Of a stretch of 64,000 bases of DNA, positions 29,579-38,472 are shown in pieces (position 1 is the first letter of the stretch; every line of letters starts with the position of its first letter). The notes under the pieces were generated by a model. That model did not search any database and was not told the DNA's origin. It worked only from the letters and a program-made list of their open reading frames with translations. Source of the DNA: Minisyncoccota bacterium (GTDB lineage: Bacteria; Patescibacteriota; Minisyncoccia; UBA6257; JAGOQP01); the NCBI GenBank assembly GCA_017991375.1, contig JAGOQP010000005.1, forward strand, positions 8,348-72,347, read 5' to 3'. Made by a program: the position numbers and the translations under genes.

Positions 29579-29604
29579 AAGTATCTCACGTTCGTGAGAT
29601 ACTT
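29579..29604. promoter_or_regulatory. Perfect 11-bp inverted repeat upstream of clpB (candidate heat-shock operator)
   Basis: aaGTATCTCACG-ttc-GTGAGATACtt lies 80 bp upstream of the clpB ATG. A TGTATAAT-like -10 is at about 29659-29666. Confidence 0.4.
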
Positions 29605-29682
29605 GACGTGAGAGGAGTGAATTTGATACTCTGTTCAAACAACGATGCTTCATATTAGTGTATAATAGAACTGATTGTTACT

Positions 29683-32331
29683 ATGAATAATTTCAATCGT
29701 TTCACTATCAAAGCCCAAGAGGCACTGCAAGGAGCGCAAGAAACCGCGCTTGAACATGGACATACGGAGCTACGCGCGGTGCATCTTCTTGCTTCCCTTC
29801 TTGAGGACGCTCAGACATTGGTAACGCCCATGCTTCAACATGCGGGAGTTTCTGTTGACTCGTTTAAACAAGAAGTTGCTAAAGAATTACAGCGCCAACC
29901 CAAAGTGTTTTCATCTCAACCGCTTTCGCCACACCAACTCTTTTTATCATCGGAGTTGTTGCAGATACTTGATCGAGCCACAAAAATTGCTGGAGAAAAA
30001 AAAGATGAATATATCTCGTGTGAACATTTGCTTGTCGCGCTTGCTCAAACGCCATCTTCGGCTGGAATGTTATTACAACAGGTTGGATTTCACCCAGAAA
30101 TTGCCCTAAAAGCACTTGATGTGATACGAGGGAGTTCTCATGTGACGGACGAAATGCCAGAGACGAAATTTAACGTTCTTGAGAAATATTCCATCAATCT
30201 CACCACGCGCGCACGCGAAGGAAAGTTGGATCCAGTGATTGGGCGCGATGAGGAGCTTCGGCGTGTTATTCAGATTCTCTCTCGTCGTACCAAAAATAAT
30301 CCCGTGCTTATTGGAGAGCCGGGCGTTGGAAAAACTGCCGTTGTTGAAGGGCTTGCCCAACGTATCGTGTCGGGAAATGTTCCAGAAAGTTTGAAAGGAA
30401 AAGAGCTCCTCATGCTTGATTTAGCGTCGTTAGTCGCCGGAACAAAATTTCGCGGTGACTTTGAGGATCGTCTCAAGGCGTTTATGAAAGAGGTCCAGCA
30501 ATCCGAGGGCAAAATCATTTTGTTTATAGATGAAATTCATACTATTGTCGGCGCGGGAGCTGCTGAAGGAGCCATAGATGCTTCAAATATGCTCAAACCC
30601 GCACTCGCGCGCGGAGAGTTGCGCGCCATTGGGGCCACTACTATTCGCGAGTACCAGCGGTATATCGAAAAAGACGCGGCGCTTGAGCGCAGATTCCAAC
30701 CTATTATGGTTGACGAGCCGTCTATCGATGATAGCGTGGCTATTTTACGCGGACTCAAAGAAAAGTATGAGGTACATCATGGCATCCGCATATCGGATCA
30801 GGCTATTATCGCGGCGGTAAATCTTTCCGCGCGGTATCTTGCCGATCGTTTCTTGCCTGACAAGGCAATCGATTTAGTGGACGAAGCGGCCGCGGCGCTG
30901 CGACTTGAGTTTGATAGTGTGCCGCACCATATTGAAAAAGTAAGGCGCGAACTCACTCGGCTTGAAATTGAAAAACGCGCCCTCTCGAGCGAAAAAGGAT
31001 CAAAACGATCGGCGCGTTTAAGCGAGGTGGAAAAAAAGATCGCGCAACTTAAGAAGGAAGACGAGGCGTTTTCATCTCAGTGGCAAGGAGAAAAAGAAGT
31101 TTTTACCAAAGGACACGAGCTTCAACGTTCCATTGAGGATCTGAAACATAAAGCCGAACTTGAGGAGCGCGCTGGTAATCTTGAGCGTGTGGCTCAAATT
31201 ACTTATGGAGAACTTCCCGTTCTGGAAAAAGAACTCAAGCAATTTGAGAAAAAGCGCGTGCTTCAAACAAAACAAAAAACAGCTGGCACGGTACGCGAAG
31301 TAGTTGATGAGCAGGACATTGCGGCAGTCGTTTCTCGCTGGACCGGCATTCCTGTTTCTAAGATGCTTCAATCAGAAGAGGAAAAACTGCTTCACATCGA
31401 AGATATATTACGCGCGCGCGTTATCGGGCAGGAGCAGGCGCTTGGTGCTGTCTCTAACGCTCTCCGTCGCGCGCGCGCAGGACTTTCTGATGAGCACCGC
31501 CCTTTAGGCGCGTTTGCGTTTTTGGGGCCTACAGGTGTTGGGAAAACAGAGCTTGCGCGGGCACTCGCCGAATTTATGTTCAACGACGAGAAGGCGCTTA
31601 TTCGTGTTGATATGTCGGAGTTTATGGAGAAACACTCGGTTTCAAAACTCATCGGATCCCCGCCGGGATATGTGGGTTATGAAGAGGGGGGACACCTTAC
31701 GGAACTTATTCGTCATCGTCCTTATAGTCTTGTTCTCTTTGACGAGATAGAAAAAGCGCATCCAGAGGTGTTTAATATTTTACTTCAGGTAATGGACAAT
31801 GGGCGACTCACAGACGCAAAAGGAAAGAGCGTCAATTTTCGCAATACGATTATTATTTTAACCTCAAATATTGGAAGTGAATTTTTCAAAGAATCTTCGT
31901 CATCGGTTGGTTTTGAGCGTGAGCAGAGCGAACAAGCAAAACAAAAAGAAGCACTTAAAGAGACGCACGAGAAGATTCGTCAGGAACTCAGAGAATATTT
32001 CCGTCCTGAGTTTCTTAACCGTCTGGATGAAGTTATTATCTTTAATCCACTAAGCGAAAAAGATATCAGTGCTATTGTTGATATCCAACTTGAGCAGATG
32101 GTCGTTAAACGCATGGCGGCCCGGGGATTTAGCGTTTCTATTGATACCGCGGTGCGTACGTTTGTGGCGCGCCAGGGATACGATCCATTGTATGGAGCGC
32201 GTCCAATAAAACGCGTTATCCAACGATCGATTTTAGACGTGCTTGCTGATAAGATAATCAAACATGAAGTTACCGATGGTAAAAAAATTAGGATTGGTTT
32301 TAAAGCGCCCGCTACTATTACTGTCTCTTGA
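29683..32331 (+). CDS. clpB: Chaperone ClpB (AAA+ disaggregase)
   Basis: 882 aa with N-domain, two AAA modules (GEPGVGKT; GPTGVGKT), a long coiled-coil M-domain, and the sensor motifs. Confidence 0.95.
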   Translation: MNNFNRFTIKAQEALQGAQETALEHGHTELRAVHLLASLLEDAQTLVTPMLQHAGVSVDSFKQEVAKELQRQPKVFSSQPLSPHQLFLSSELLQILDRATKIAGEKKDEYISCEHLLVALAQTPSSAGMLLQQVGFHPEIALKALDVIRGSSHVTDEMPETKFNVLEKYSINLTTRAREGKLDPVIGRDEELRRVIQILSRRTKNNPVLIGEPGVGKTAVVEGLAQRIVSGNVPESLKGKELLMLDLASLVAGTKFRGDFEDRLKAFMKEVQQSEGKIILFIDEIHTIVGAGAAEGAIDASNMLKPALARGELRAIGATTIREYQRYIEKDAALERRFQPIMVDEPSIDDSVAILRGLKEKYEVHHGIRISDQAIIAAVNLSARYLADRFLPDKAIDLVDEAAAALRLEFDSVPHHIEKVRRELTRLEIEKRALSSEKGSKRSARLSEVEKKIAQLKKEDEAFSSQWQGEKEVFTKGHELQRSIEDLKHKAELEERAGNLERVAQITYGELPVLEKELKQFEKKRVLQTKQKTAGTVREVVDEQDIAAVVSRWTGIPVSKMLQSEEEKLLHIEDILRARVIGQEQALGAVSNALRRARAGLSDEHRPLGAFAFLGPTGVGKTELARALAEFMFNDEKALIRVDMSEFMEKHSVSKLIGSPPGYVGYEEGGHLTELIRHRPYSLVLFDEIEKAHPEVFNILLQVMDNGRLTDAKGKSVNFRNTIIILTSNIGSEFFKESSSSVGFEREQSEQAKQKEALKETHEKIRQELREYFRPEFLNRLDEVIIFNPLSEKDISAIVDIQLEQMVVKRMAARGFSVSIDTAVRTFVARQGYDPLYGARPIKRVIQRSILDVLADKIIKHEVTDGKKIRIGFKAPATITVS

Positions 32332-33019
32332 GGCGTTAGTGGGGGTGGCGCTTGTTCAGTGGACGAACATATCTCGCTCATGGTTCGTGGCGTTTTTGTT
32401 TATTGGTTATGCGTTATGGCTTTACACGGCGCGCGCTGTCGAGGGAGCGGTGCCTCTGGGGGTTTTGTATGTTGTTTTTATTGGGATTACTATATGTGTC
32501 GCGTTCGTGCTTCCCGCTGGGCTTTCGAATGCGGTCATATTTCTTTTCCTTGGTTTTTTGTTGTGGGTTGTTGTAGCTGTTCGAAGATTGTTATTCGCCA
32601 CGCATGCTCGGCAAATGCTCGGTATCTTCTTTTATTTTGTGGTGTTTCTTGTTTCGGCATACGCAAGCGCGGCAAGTCCTTCGGGCGCATGGTGGGCGAC
32701 CTTTCTATTTCTATTTCTCTTTTTCTTTTTAACGGTGCGCGAATATGTACGCATGGTTCTTGCCGATCATTCGTCTCGTATCACTCTTTTCTCGCTAGTT
32801 ATTGGACTTTTGTGCGCTCAGCTTTTGTGGGTACTTTCGTTGTTATCGGTCGGGTTTTTAAACGTTGCTTCACTCGTGTTGGTGTTTTTGATTGTCGCGC
32901 TTGATTTAAGTGGACATTTCTTTGCTGGAACACTCAGTCGGCGGACGCTTTTGAACAGTGTTGGTTTTCTGAGTTTTTTTGTGTTGCTTATTGTGGTTCT
33001 TCCTCTTTTATTTTCCTAA
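32264..33019 (+). CDS. Hypothetical polytopic membrane protein (start uncertain; 5' part of ORF overlaps the clpB end)
   Basis: Very hydrophobic 6-7 helix protein. The real start is likely a GTG/TTG after 32331. Confidence 0.3.
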   Translation: MKLPMVKKLGLVLKRPLLLLSLEALVGVALVQWTNISRSWFVAFLFIGYALWLYTARAVEGAVPLGVLYVVFIGITICVAFVLPAGLSNAVIFLFLGFLLWVVVAVRRLLFATHARQMLGIFFYFVVFLVSAYASAASPSGAWWATFLFLFLFFFLTVREYVRMVLADHSSRITLFSLVIGLLCAQLLWVLSLLSVGFLNVASLVLVFLIVALDLSGHFFAGTLSRRTLLNSVGFLSFFVLLIVVLPLLFS

Positions 33020-33022
33020 CGT

Positions 33023-33520
33023 ATGAATCACATTCGTTTTTGTAGTGATAGCGCTACTGTTACGCAACAACTGGGAGCTACCGTGGCGCGCCATCTTTTT
33101 CGCTCTCGCCATCGAGGGGCCTATACTCTTTTACTTAAAGGTGATTTAGGAGCGGGGAAGACGACATTTACTCTTGGTTTTTTGAAGGCGCTGGGGGTTC
33201 GTCCTTTGGCCGCGAGTCCTACGTTTGTGATTATGAAGAGATACGGGGTTAACAAACAACAGACAACAAACAACAGACAACAAAGAAAAAAAACAAACAG
33301 ACCTAAAAAACAATTGACTATTTATCATTTGGATGCATATCGGTTGCGGGGAAAAAAAGACCTGAGAGCTTTAGATTTTGATTCAATTATGAATGATTCA
33401 TACGCGATTGTTCTTATTGAATGGCCAGAGAATATAAAAGGAATACTGTTTCCCAACAAACTCACCATCCGATTTTCTTATGGGAAAAAAGAGAATGAGC
33501 GGGTGATATCTGTTGGATAA
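33023..33520 (+). CDS. tsaE: tRNA threonylcarbamoyladenosine biosynthesis protein TsaE, with an in-frame low-complexity insertion
   Basis: TLLLKGDLGAGKTTFTLGFLKALG (P-loop) ... SPTFVIMKRY[GVNKQQTTNNRQQRKKTNRPKKQLT]IYHLDAYRL. The bracketed segment is extra relative to the usual TsaE spacing. Confidence 0.75.
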   Translation: MNHIRFCSDSATVTQQLGATVARHLFRSRHRGAYTLLLKGDLGAGKTTFTLGFLKALGVRPLAASPTFVIMKRYGVNKQQTTNNRQQRKKTNRPKKQLTIYHLDAYRLRGKKDLRALDFDSIMNDSYAIVLIEWPENIKGILFPNKLTIRFSYGKKENERVISVG

Positions 33521-33530
33521 TTTACATAAA

Positions 33531-33552
33531 ACAAAAAGCCCCCTCGGGGGGC
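33531..33552 (-). terminator. Terminator for the minus-strand gene 33586..34053
   Basis: On the minus strand: cccgccccccgagggggc + tttttgtttt. Confidence 0.5.
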
Positions 33553-33585
33553 GGGAAGAAGGTGTTGATTTAACACCGCTGTTGG

Positions 33586-34053
33586 TTAGGGGATGCTTGC
33601 GAGCGCTGTTTGGGCTAAATCGTTACAGACGTCTCTCATGCGAGCAATAGATTCTCTTGGTATGTTATTGGAGCTTTGGATAAACAGTTTCAGCAGGTCA
33701 ATGAAAGATACAACCATAGATACCAACTCTTTTATTTTAATCGTGCCGATATTTGGCGAAACGAGCAACATGTTCACTACTGACGACAGTATCGATATGT
33801 CTGAAATATCGCCCATCTCAACTCTTTCAATCGCGCTGAACAAATCCGCTATGAGTTGTTCCGTGATAAAATGGAGATTAGGAGCTCGTTTTCCTGTTAG
33901 ATACATCTCAAAAATCGTCGCCATATCTGAGGCATGAGTCGCAAACACACGTGAACTCAATGTACTAGTAAACATAACTCCTTGTTGGCTTCGCATAAGC
34001 CCTCCTTCTGAGTTATGTCTGCATAGTACTCTTTTTTTGATGTGAGTCAACAA
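33586..34053 (-). CDS. Hypothetical protein
   Basis: 155-aa ORF, AT-rich, with no recognisable motifs. The internal Met at MRSQQGVMF may be the start. Confidence 0.3.
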   Translation of the reverse strand: MLTHIKKRVLCRHNSEGGLMRSQQGVMFTSTLSSRVFATHASDMATIFEMYLTGKRAPNLHFITEQLIADLFSAIERVEMGDISDISILSSVVNMLLVSPNIGTIKIKELVSMVVSFIDLLKLFIQSSNNIPRESIARMRDVCNDLAQTALASIP

Positions 34054-34111
34054 AAACCGCCCTGGGGCATTGCCGTTTGGGCGGTGGTGTTCGAAACGAT
34101 CCTCTTGGTGA

Positions 34112-34567
34112 CTAGTATAGCCACTCGTCTGTCTTCTGGTTTAGATGCTCTGGGAGCACCTTCCAGTGTCTCTCCCTTCCTGGTCCGCATACTTCAACTT
34201 GGATTTTCCTCCAGGCGGACGCTCCGGTTGTTTTCGGCAGAGGGTACACCGAAACAACTTTCTGGAATGAGTAGAAGTTGTTACAGAGACCCCTTCTCGT
34301 GAGGGGGATGGACACGACTTTCCATGGTTCCAGTTTCTCCCACACGATCTTTCTGTCCAGGACGACAAAGAGTGTCGTGCCGGTGGCGTTCTCGATGGTG
34401 ATCGAATCGCCAGTCGAGATGACAAGGCCGGTCCTGACCTGGACTCCGGCGACTGTTTCCCCGCCGAGTCCGGGAACCTCGATGAGATACGCCTGGCTGG
34501 CGCATCCCACCAAGATGATGACGGAGACAACAACGAAGAGGACGCTCAACATTCTTGTGGCTTTCAT
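34112..34567 (-). CDS. Putative lipoprotein encoded in a GC-rich compositional island
   Basis: MKATRMLSVLFVVVSVIILVGC is a lipobox (LVGC). The coding region is visibly GC-richer (GC3-rich codons such as ctg, gcg, ccg) than flanking DNA. Confidence 0.45.
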   Translation of the reverse strand: MKATRMLSVLFVVVSVIILVGCASQAYLIEVPGLGGETVAGVQVRTGLVISTGDSITIENATGTTLFVVLDRKIVWEKLEPWKVVSIPLTRRGLCNNFYSFQKVVSVYPLPKTTGASAWRKIQVEVCGPGRERHWKVLPEHLNQKTDEWLY

Positions 34568-34695
34568 GGCGCCACCTCCTTTTGGGTTCTGGTACAAATC
34601 ATATCATATTATCAATATATTGTCAATTCTCTTTGAAAAAGTAAGCATGAAAGCTCTTTTTATTCGTTTTTAAATACAAAAGGGGTATAATAAAG

Positions 34696-34756
34696 CATGA
34701 TGCTAATACTAACTAACGACTAACCACCTACAACTAACAACAAGAGAAATCGTTAA
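34696..34756. repeat. 61-nt interspersed repeat, copy B (identical to 3701..3761)
   Basis: Exact 61/61 match to copy A. It ends 17 nt before the PilB-like ATG. Confidence 0.9.
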
Positions 34757-34772
34757 CCTTTTATCACTATTC

Positions 34773-36491
34773 ATGTCTGACATCCAAGATCAACTATCAC
34801 GAATGCGTAGAGACGCGGAAGAACGTGACGCGCAACGCAGGGCATCGTCATATGGACTCTCGTACCTTGCTCCCGAAAAGGTTTCGGTCTCTTTAGACGC
34901 GCTTGGGCTTATCCCAGAAGAAAAAGCAAAACAAAGCCAGTGCGCAACTATTGCCATCAAAGGAAAGCGTATCGCGGTCATCGCCTGTGACTCTAAATTC
35001 TCTCAGACCGTCGCTCAGCTCAAAGAGCTTGAGACACAAGGATACTCAGTTAATCTTTTTATCGTTTCTCTTAGTTCGTTACTGTACGCCTTTTCTTTTT
35101 ATAAATTTGTTCAAAAAGAACGCGGGGCGATTTCTGGGAAAGTCCGCGTTGGATCTCAAATAAATGAGTCATCGGACACTTCTTCCGAAAAAACCGTTTC
35201 TCAAAAAGGACTTGATACTATAGCGGCGGTGCATGCCGCGCTTGAGAATCGTATCGCTGGGGGACAAATTTCCGATATGGTTGATACGTTACTCGCGGGC
35301 GCTTTGGGAACGCGCGCATCCGATATTCATTTGGAACCAGGGGACTCGGTTTCCAAATTACGTTATCGCATTGATGGTAATTTAAATGATGTGCATGGCT
35401 CTCTAAGCAACAATATATATCACTCAATTGTTTCTCGGATAAAACTTCTTTCAAATCTTAAACTTAACGTAAAAGATGAACCGCAAGACGGACGTTTCAC
35501 TATTAATTTTCCCAACAAAGATGTGCAGGTGCGTGTTGCACTAGCGCCATCAGAATTTGGCGAAGTGGTGGTGATGCGTCTTTTGGACCCGGACGCGATT
35601 AACCTTTCGCTTTCTGACTTAGGTCTTCGTGACGATGATCGTGTAATCGTGGAGGAGCAACTTGCAAAGCCGTATGGAATGGCGCTCAATACCGGTCCTA
35701 CTGGGTCGGGTAAAACAACTACTTTGTACGCGTTCCTGCGACACAAAATTACTTCTGAGGTGAAAATTATTACTATTGAAGATCCTATTGAATACCATCT
35801 TGATGGTATCCAACAAACGCAAGTTGACAATGAAGCAGGATACACGTTTGCCTCTGGTTTGCGATCGCTCATGAGGCAGGACCCTGATGTTATTCTAGTT
35901 GGTGAAATCAGAGACAAAGAAACCGCCGAAATCGGGGTGCAAGCGGCGCTTACTGGGCATTTGGTGTTCTCAACTGTTCACGCCAATGAGGCCGCGGGAG
36001 CGATCCCTCGTCTTTTTGATTTAGGAGTAAAAGCAGCAAGTCTCGCGCCAGCTCTCAATTTACTTATTGCTCAACGCTTAGTTCGTCGATTGTGTTCGTC
36101 GTGCAAGGAGAAAGATGAAGCAATAAATGCAGACATAAAGGAAAAAATAAAAGCTCACGCGCTTGCGCTTCCTGCTCGCGTGGACGGGAAAAAATTTGTT
36201 GATGCGTGTGAGTTTTATAAACCGGCTGGGTGTGAAAAATGCAATAATACCGGATTTAAGGGGCGCGTGGGTATTTATGAGCTACTAGTGGTGACTGATT
36301 CATTGCGTGCGCTCATTCAAAAAGAAGTTGGACAAATAGAATTTCAACAAGCGATCGCGCATACCGATTTTGTTTCAATGCAAAGCGACGGCGTGTTAAA
36401 AGTTATGTCGGGCCTTACGACACTTGAAGAAGTTGAGAGTGTGACGGGGAAGATAGCATGGGGGAATCTAGGCGTTAAAAGTAAAGAGTAG
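34773..36491 (+). CDS. Type II/IV secretion-system ATPase, GspE/PilB family
   Basis: GspE N-terminal domain, Walker A NTGPTGSGKTTTLYAF, Asp/His boxes, and a C-terminal tetracysteine (CSSC...CEKC). Confidence 0.85.
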   Translation: MSDIQDQLSRMRRDAEERDAQRRASSYGLSYLAPEKVSVSLDALGLIPEEKAKQSQCATIAIKGKRIAVIACDSKFSQTVAQLKELETQGYSVNLFIVSLSSLLYAFSFYKFVQKERGAISGKVRVGSQINESSDTSSEKTVSQKGLDTIAAVHAALENRIAGGQISDMVDTLLAGALGTRASDIHLEPGDSVSKLRYRIDGNLNDVHGSLSNNIYHSIVSRIKLLSNLKLNVKDEPQDGRFTINFPNKDVQVRVALAPSEFGEVVVMRLLDPDAINLSLSDLGLRDDDRVIVEEQLAKPYGMALNTGPTGSGKTTTLYAFLRHKITSEVKIITIEDPIEYHLDGIQQTQVDNEAGYTFASGLRSLMRQDPDVILVGEIRDKETAEIGVQAALTGHLVFSTVHANEAAGAIPRLFDLGVKAASLAPALNLLIAQRLVRRLCSSCKEKDEAINADIKEKIKAHALALPARVDGKKFVDACEFYKPAGCEKCNNTGFKGRVGIYELLVVTDSLRALIQKEVGQIEFQQAIAHTDFVSMQSDGVLKVMSGLTTLEEVESVTGKIAWGNLGVKSKE

Positions 36492-36625
36492 AATAATCCA
36501 GGATTGCGAATACATTCGAATACCTTACGGATTCAAAAAATAAATAAGCACATAACTAGAAACGAGATGCTAAACACCAATAAGGTTAAGCAAATAAGAT
36601 AACAAATAAAGCAGAATTCACACAA

Positions 36626-36657
36626 AAACACCCTCGATGTTATATCAAGGGTGTTTT
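36626..36657. terminator. Bidirectional terminator between the PilB-like gene and the rplT operon
   Basis: aaacaccctcgatgttatatcaagggtgtttt. Confidence 0.6.
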
Positions 36658-36667
36658 GAATATAAAA

Positions 36668-37015
36668 TTATTTTTTGACTACTTTTACGATTTCGGTAAA
36701 TACAGTAGGGTATTTTTCCGCGATTTCAGCAAGGACTTTGCGATCGAGTTCAATGTTATTCTTCTTAAGACCAGCGATGAATTTACTATAGGACAATTCA
36801 TGAGTTCGTACGGCAGCGTTTAATTTCACTAGCCATAACGCGCGCGCGGTTCGTTTTCTCTCTTTACGTCCGCGGAACATTCTGCTTTGAGCATGAAGGA
36901 GCGCTTCTTTCGCGGCGCGTTCTTTTGATTTTCTTCCCCAACGGAACCCCTTTACTTTTTTAAGTAGTCGCTCTCGTTTTTTGTGGGCAATAGTACCTCG
37001 TTTTACTCGTGTCAT
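36668..37015 (-). CDS. rplT: 50S ribosomal protein L20
   Basis: MTRVKRGTIAHKKRERLLKKVKGFRWGRKSKERAAKEALLHA is canonical L20. Confidence 0.9.
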   Translation of the reverse strand: MTRVKRGTIAHKKRERLLKKVKGFRWGRKSKERAAKEALLHAQSRMFRGRKERKRTARALWLVKLNAAVRTHELSYSKFIAGLKKNNIELDRKVLAEIAEKYPTVFTEIVKVVKK

Positions 37016-37041
37016 ATGTTATATAGTTGAACGTGATGTTT

Positions 37042-37221
37042 TTATAGTGAACCTGGACGTTTAATTATTTTTTTAGTAAAGACCGATTCAGTAATGAGCC
37101 GCTTTTTTCTTCGAATCTGATTCCCGGTCTTTTTAGCGCGAAAATGGCACTGCGCTATCGTGCGGGTGATTCCTTTTTTGTTTTTGGTTATTTTGACTCG
37201 TGTCGTGATTGATTTTTTCAT
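37042..37221 (-). CDS. rpmI: 50S ribosomal protein L35
   Basis: MKKSITTRVKITKNKKGITRTIAQCHFRAKKTGNQIRRKKR is basic and L35-like. It sits in the infC-rpmI-rplT operon position. Confidence 0.75.
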   Translation of the reverse strand: MKKSITTRVKITKNKKGITRTIAQCHFRAKKTGNQIRRKKRLITESVFTKKIIKRPGSL

Positions 37222-37225
37222 AACA

Positions 37226-37750
37226 TTATTTACCACTCTTTTTTATTATCTGCATAATAATTCCTTTACCGCCTAAACGATGAGGCATAGTGACGGTGTA
37301 AGGGACCTGAATCATAGCAAGAAATGCTTTAAGACGTTCCTCGGCCCATTCTCTTTTCCCCTTTTCTCTTCCGCGGAGCACTAAACAAATTTCTATCTTG
37401 TTATTTTCCTCTAGAAACTCTTCTGTTTTCTTTGCTCTGATGCGTAGATCATTTTCTGCCGCGCGAGCGGTAATGCGTACCTGCTTGAAATCTCCAGCGC
37501 TTTTGTGAGCTTGTGCCGCTTGCTTTTTTGCCTCTTTCTCCTGTTGATAGCGGAATTTGTCAAAGCTCATTATTTTAGCAATCGGTGGTTGAGCAGTTGG
37601 GGAAACCTCAATCAGGTCAAGATTTTGTTCGAGCGCGCGCTTTAGCGCCTCGTCTTTTTGCATGACGCCGAGGTTTTTACCTTCCTCATCAATAACCCGC
37701 AACTCGGGCGTGGTAATTTGATGGTTGATTTTATACTGCTTGGTAACGAT
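37226..37750 (-). CDS. infC: Translation initiation factor IF-3 with a non-AUG start
   Basis: The ORF-track start 37702 is a TTG. The conserved IF3 N-terminus (IVTKQYKINHQITTPELRVIDEEGKNLGV) continues in frame upstream to an in-frame stop (cta at 37754-56). The most upstream possible start is ATC at 37750-37748. C-terminal domain is typical (ICLVLRGRE...). Confidence 0.8.
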   Translation of the reverse strand: MVTKQYKINHQITTPELRVIDEEGKNLGVMQKDEALKRALEQNLDLIEVSPTAQPPIAKIMSFDKFRYQQEKEAKKQAAQAHKSAGDFKQVRITARAAENDLRIRAKKTEEFLEENNKIEICLVLRGREKGKREWAEERLKAFLAMIQVPYTVTMPHRLGGKGIIMQIIKKSGK

Positions 37751-37840
37751 AAGCTAAAAAATTATTTTTTTTGATGCGAACGTGCATATAGGGCTTTCTT
37801 TATGCGTTCAAATCTCAATAACAGTAGCTGATTTAGGGGT

Positions 37841-37950
37841 GGATGTCAAATGATCGGATATCAGATGTCAGAGGTCGGAGATCAGATATCGGATGGCAGA
37901 GATCAGATGGCGGATATCGGACGTCAGATGTCAGGGGTCAGATATCGGAG
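37841..37950. repeat. Degenerate tandem 9-12-nt repeats (GATATCGGA / GATGTCAGA / GATCAGAT units)
   Basis: ...gatgtcaaatgatcggatatcagatgtcagaggtcggagatcagatatcggatggcagagatcagatggcggatatcggacgtcagatgtcaggggtcagatatcggag... A related short array is at 49427..49485. Confidence 0.7.
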
Positions 37951-38016
37951 GGCCGGAAGCAAATGGCGGGAGTTTTTCTTCCCCATCCTCTTTCGTTAAA
38001 ACTACGGATGACACTC

Positions 38017-38050
38017 CTAAAACAAAATAAGCCGTCTGGCTTATTTTGTT
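38017..38050 (-). terminator. Terminator downstream of ssrA
   Basis: Minus strand: aaaataagccagacggcttatttt + gtttt. Confidence 0.55.
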
Positions 38051-38094
38051 TACGAAGCGCTGCGCACTTCGTAGTCCACTGTAGTGGACGAAGG

Positions 38095-38419
38095 AGTGGA
38101 GATGGCGGGAGTTGAACCCGCATCCAGGATAGACCACTATAAACGTCTACATGTTTAGTTTCAGAAAGAAACGATTTTCGCTCTCTTGATGTCCGTGCGT
38201 GTACGAGAGCGCTCTACGCACGTAAGTTCCATATATAACACCGGTTAACTCCCTATGAAACATCAGGAACCGATGGCCTGCGGCTAAGATACCTTAAGGT
38301 TCTTATGCGTAGGCAAGAGCTAATTTTTGGTTAGCATCTATTTTGTGTGTCGGATTAATGAGGCGACGGCTCAACATGCAATTTGTAGCGCGCGTATCCT
38401 GTCGAGGCCTGGCATCCCC
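38095..38419 (-). ncRNA. ssrA: tmRNA (SsrA)
   Basis: Minus strand: 5' GGGGATGCCAGGCCTCGACAGG..., internal tag ORF GCTAACCAAAAATTAGCTCTTGCCTACGCATAA encoding ANQKLALAYA*, and a 3' tRNA-like end GGATGCGGGTTCAACTCCCGCCATCTCCA. The ~10-nt ends are approximate. Confidence 0.85.
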
Positions 38420-38472
38420 GGTAGTGACTAATAACCTATAACTAACAGCTAACGACGAGACAGAAGAATGAA

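Noticed and set aside
37841-37950. CRISPR array
   Set aside because: Units are only 9-12 nt, degenerate, and directly abutting with no spacers. No cas genes are nearby.
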